41,423 nucleotides of DNA from a virus. Taxonomy: Duplodnaviria > Heunggongvirae > Uroviricota > Caudoviricetes. Positions within the stretch are counted from its first letter, which is position 1; the number at the start of each line of letters is the position of its first letter. Where the stretch lies: positions 1 to 41,423 of the IMG/VR virus record IMGVR_UViG_2728369188_000008; one strand, 5' to 3'. Under the pieces are notes generated by a model, which ran no database searches, was not told where the DNA came from, and was given only the letters and a program-made list of their open reading frames with translations. The translations under genes were made by a program, and so were the position numbers. This document shows positions 40,272 to 41,423 of the stretch, piece by piece.

Positions 40272-41423
40272 TTACTCCCCATCAATCCAGTCCGCCCACC
40301 ATTGCATCATTTCTCTGCGCTTATCGAGATACTGAGCATGGTTGTAAATTCCACGCACAGATCCGCCGTTGGCATGTGCCAGTTGCACTTCAATAGCGTC
40401 AGCAGGCCATTCGTGCTCGTTCATAATCGTGCTGAATTCATGCCTGAATCCGTGACCGCTTTCCAGACCCTCATAGCCGATTTGTTTGATCACAAGTAGA
40501 ACCGCGTTCTCGCAGATTGGCTTCTTCTTATCGTTGCGCCCGGCAAAAACAAACTCTGATACTGGTTTGGTGATGGAGCTTAGCGTAGTGAGAAGTTCAA
40601 CCACCTGGTCTGACATCGGGACCACATGAATTTTGCGTCCCTTCATCACACTGGCGTCGATGGTGATAATCCTGTTTTCAAAATCGACGTTCTTCCATAG
40701 CATGGAACGAAGCTCTTTCGTTCTTAGGGCTGTGTAGCGTAAAACTTTGGTCGCAATGAGCGATACGATACTTCCTGAAAATGTTGCCAGTGCTTTGTTG
40801 AATGCAGGGATCTGGTCTGCAGGAAGAAACGGGAAGTTCTTCTTGCGGTATCCCTTCATGGCGTCAGCAAGGTCAGGTGCTGGGTTATATTTAGCCCTGC
40901 CGGTGACAATAGCGTAACGGAAAACCTCGCCGCATCTTCTGCGGGCTTTGTTGGCTCGCTCCATTGCACCGCGATCTTCGAATCTGCGGATTACTTCCAG
41001 CAGTTGCATCGGCTCAATATCCTGAATCTCAAGGCCGCCGATGATGGGTAAAATGTCGTCATCAAACATTTTGGCAAGTTCAGTTGCATAGCCTACTGAC
41101 CAGACTTGCTTCTTGTGCTCGTACCATTCCTTGTAAATCGCACTAAATGAATTGTTGTTAGACGAAGCCTTTTTCGCCTTTACCGGATCGATGCCAACCG
41201 AGATGTCTTTCCTAGCGGTCCATGCTTTATCCCTTGCTTCCTGCAAAGTCATAAGCGGATATTTTCCGACGGTCAGGATTTTCTCCTTACCGTCAATCTT
41301 GTAGCGAAGCTGCCATACCTTTTTCCCGGATACAGGGACATAAAGGTACAGGCCATTACCATCGAGAAGGCGGTATGGTTTTTCTTTCGGCTTTGCTGCT
41401 TCAATCTGCTTAACGGTGAGCAT
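40272..41423 (-). CDS. int: Tyrosine integrase (P4-type)
   Basis: 383 aa; N-terminus MLTVKQIEAAKPKEKPYRLLDGNGLYLYV typical of P4-family integrases; C-terminal catalytic region with R...HGFRH...Y context; start codon is the last 3 nt of the window. Confidence 0.9.
   Translation of the reverse strand: MLTVKQIEAAKPKEKPYRLLDGNGLYLYVPVSGKKVWQLRYKIDGKEKILTVGKYPLMTLQEARDKAWTARKDISVGIDPVKAKKASSNNNSFSAIYKEWYEHKKQVWSVGYATELAKMFDDDILPIIGGLEIQDIEPMQLLEVIRRFEDRGAMERANKARRRCGEVFRYAIVTGRAKYNPAPDLADAMKGYRKKNFPFLPADQIPAFNKALATFSGSIVSLIATKVLRYTALRTKELRSMLWKNVDFENRIITIDASVMKGRKIHVVPMSDQVVELLTTLSSITKPVSEFVFAGRNDKKKPICENAVLLVIKQIGYEGLESGHGFRHEFSTIMNEHEWPADAIEVQLAHANGGSVRGIYNHAQYLDKRREMMQWWADWIDGE

Overview
This 41.4-kb window reads as a complete, circularly permuted genome of a mosaic temperate lambdoid phage (or an excised prophage). 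It opens at the stop codon of an xis-like gene (1-201, minus) and closes at the start codon of a tyrosine integrase (40272-41423, minus); joined end to end these are contiguous. Left arm (minus strand, 1-6600): xis, a run of early-left accessory genes, SSB-like protein, Erf recombinase, cIII-like, Ral, N. The immunity region (6780-9550) is lambda-type: nutL, OL/PL, rexB, rexA, cI, OR/PRM/PR, cro, nutR. Right arm (plus strand): a non-lambda cII, an O-like initiator with an internal iteron origin, a TOPRIM primase-helicase, tR2, a lambda-like nin region carrying a DNA adenine methyltransferase, a non-lambda Q, and a lambda-type S/R/Rz/Rz1 lysis cassette. Then comes a P22/Sf6-like podovirus morphogenesis block (TerS, TerL, portal, scaffold, coat, gp4/10/26/14/7/20/16 homologues), an accessory island at the sieA/immI position, the tailspike, a decayed umuD-like remnant and the integrase. 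The most interesting locus is a two-gene operon (34209-35233) whose second gene resembles YafO-family toxins and whose first gene is unrecognised, flanked by a divergent membrane protein and an Mnt/Arc/Ant module. No rRNA, tRNA or CRISPR array was seen. All identifications come from reading the supplied translations and DNA; no database search was run, and the comparisons to lambda, P22 and E. coli proteins are from memory.
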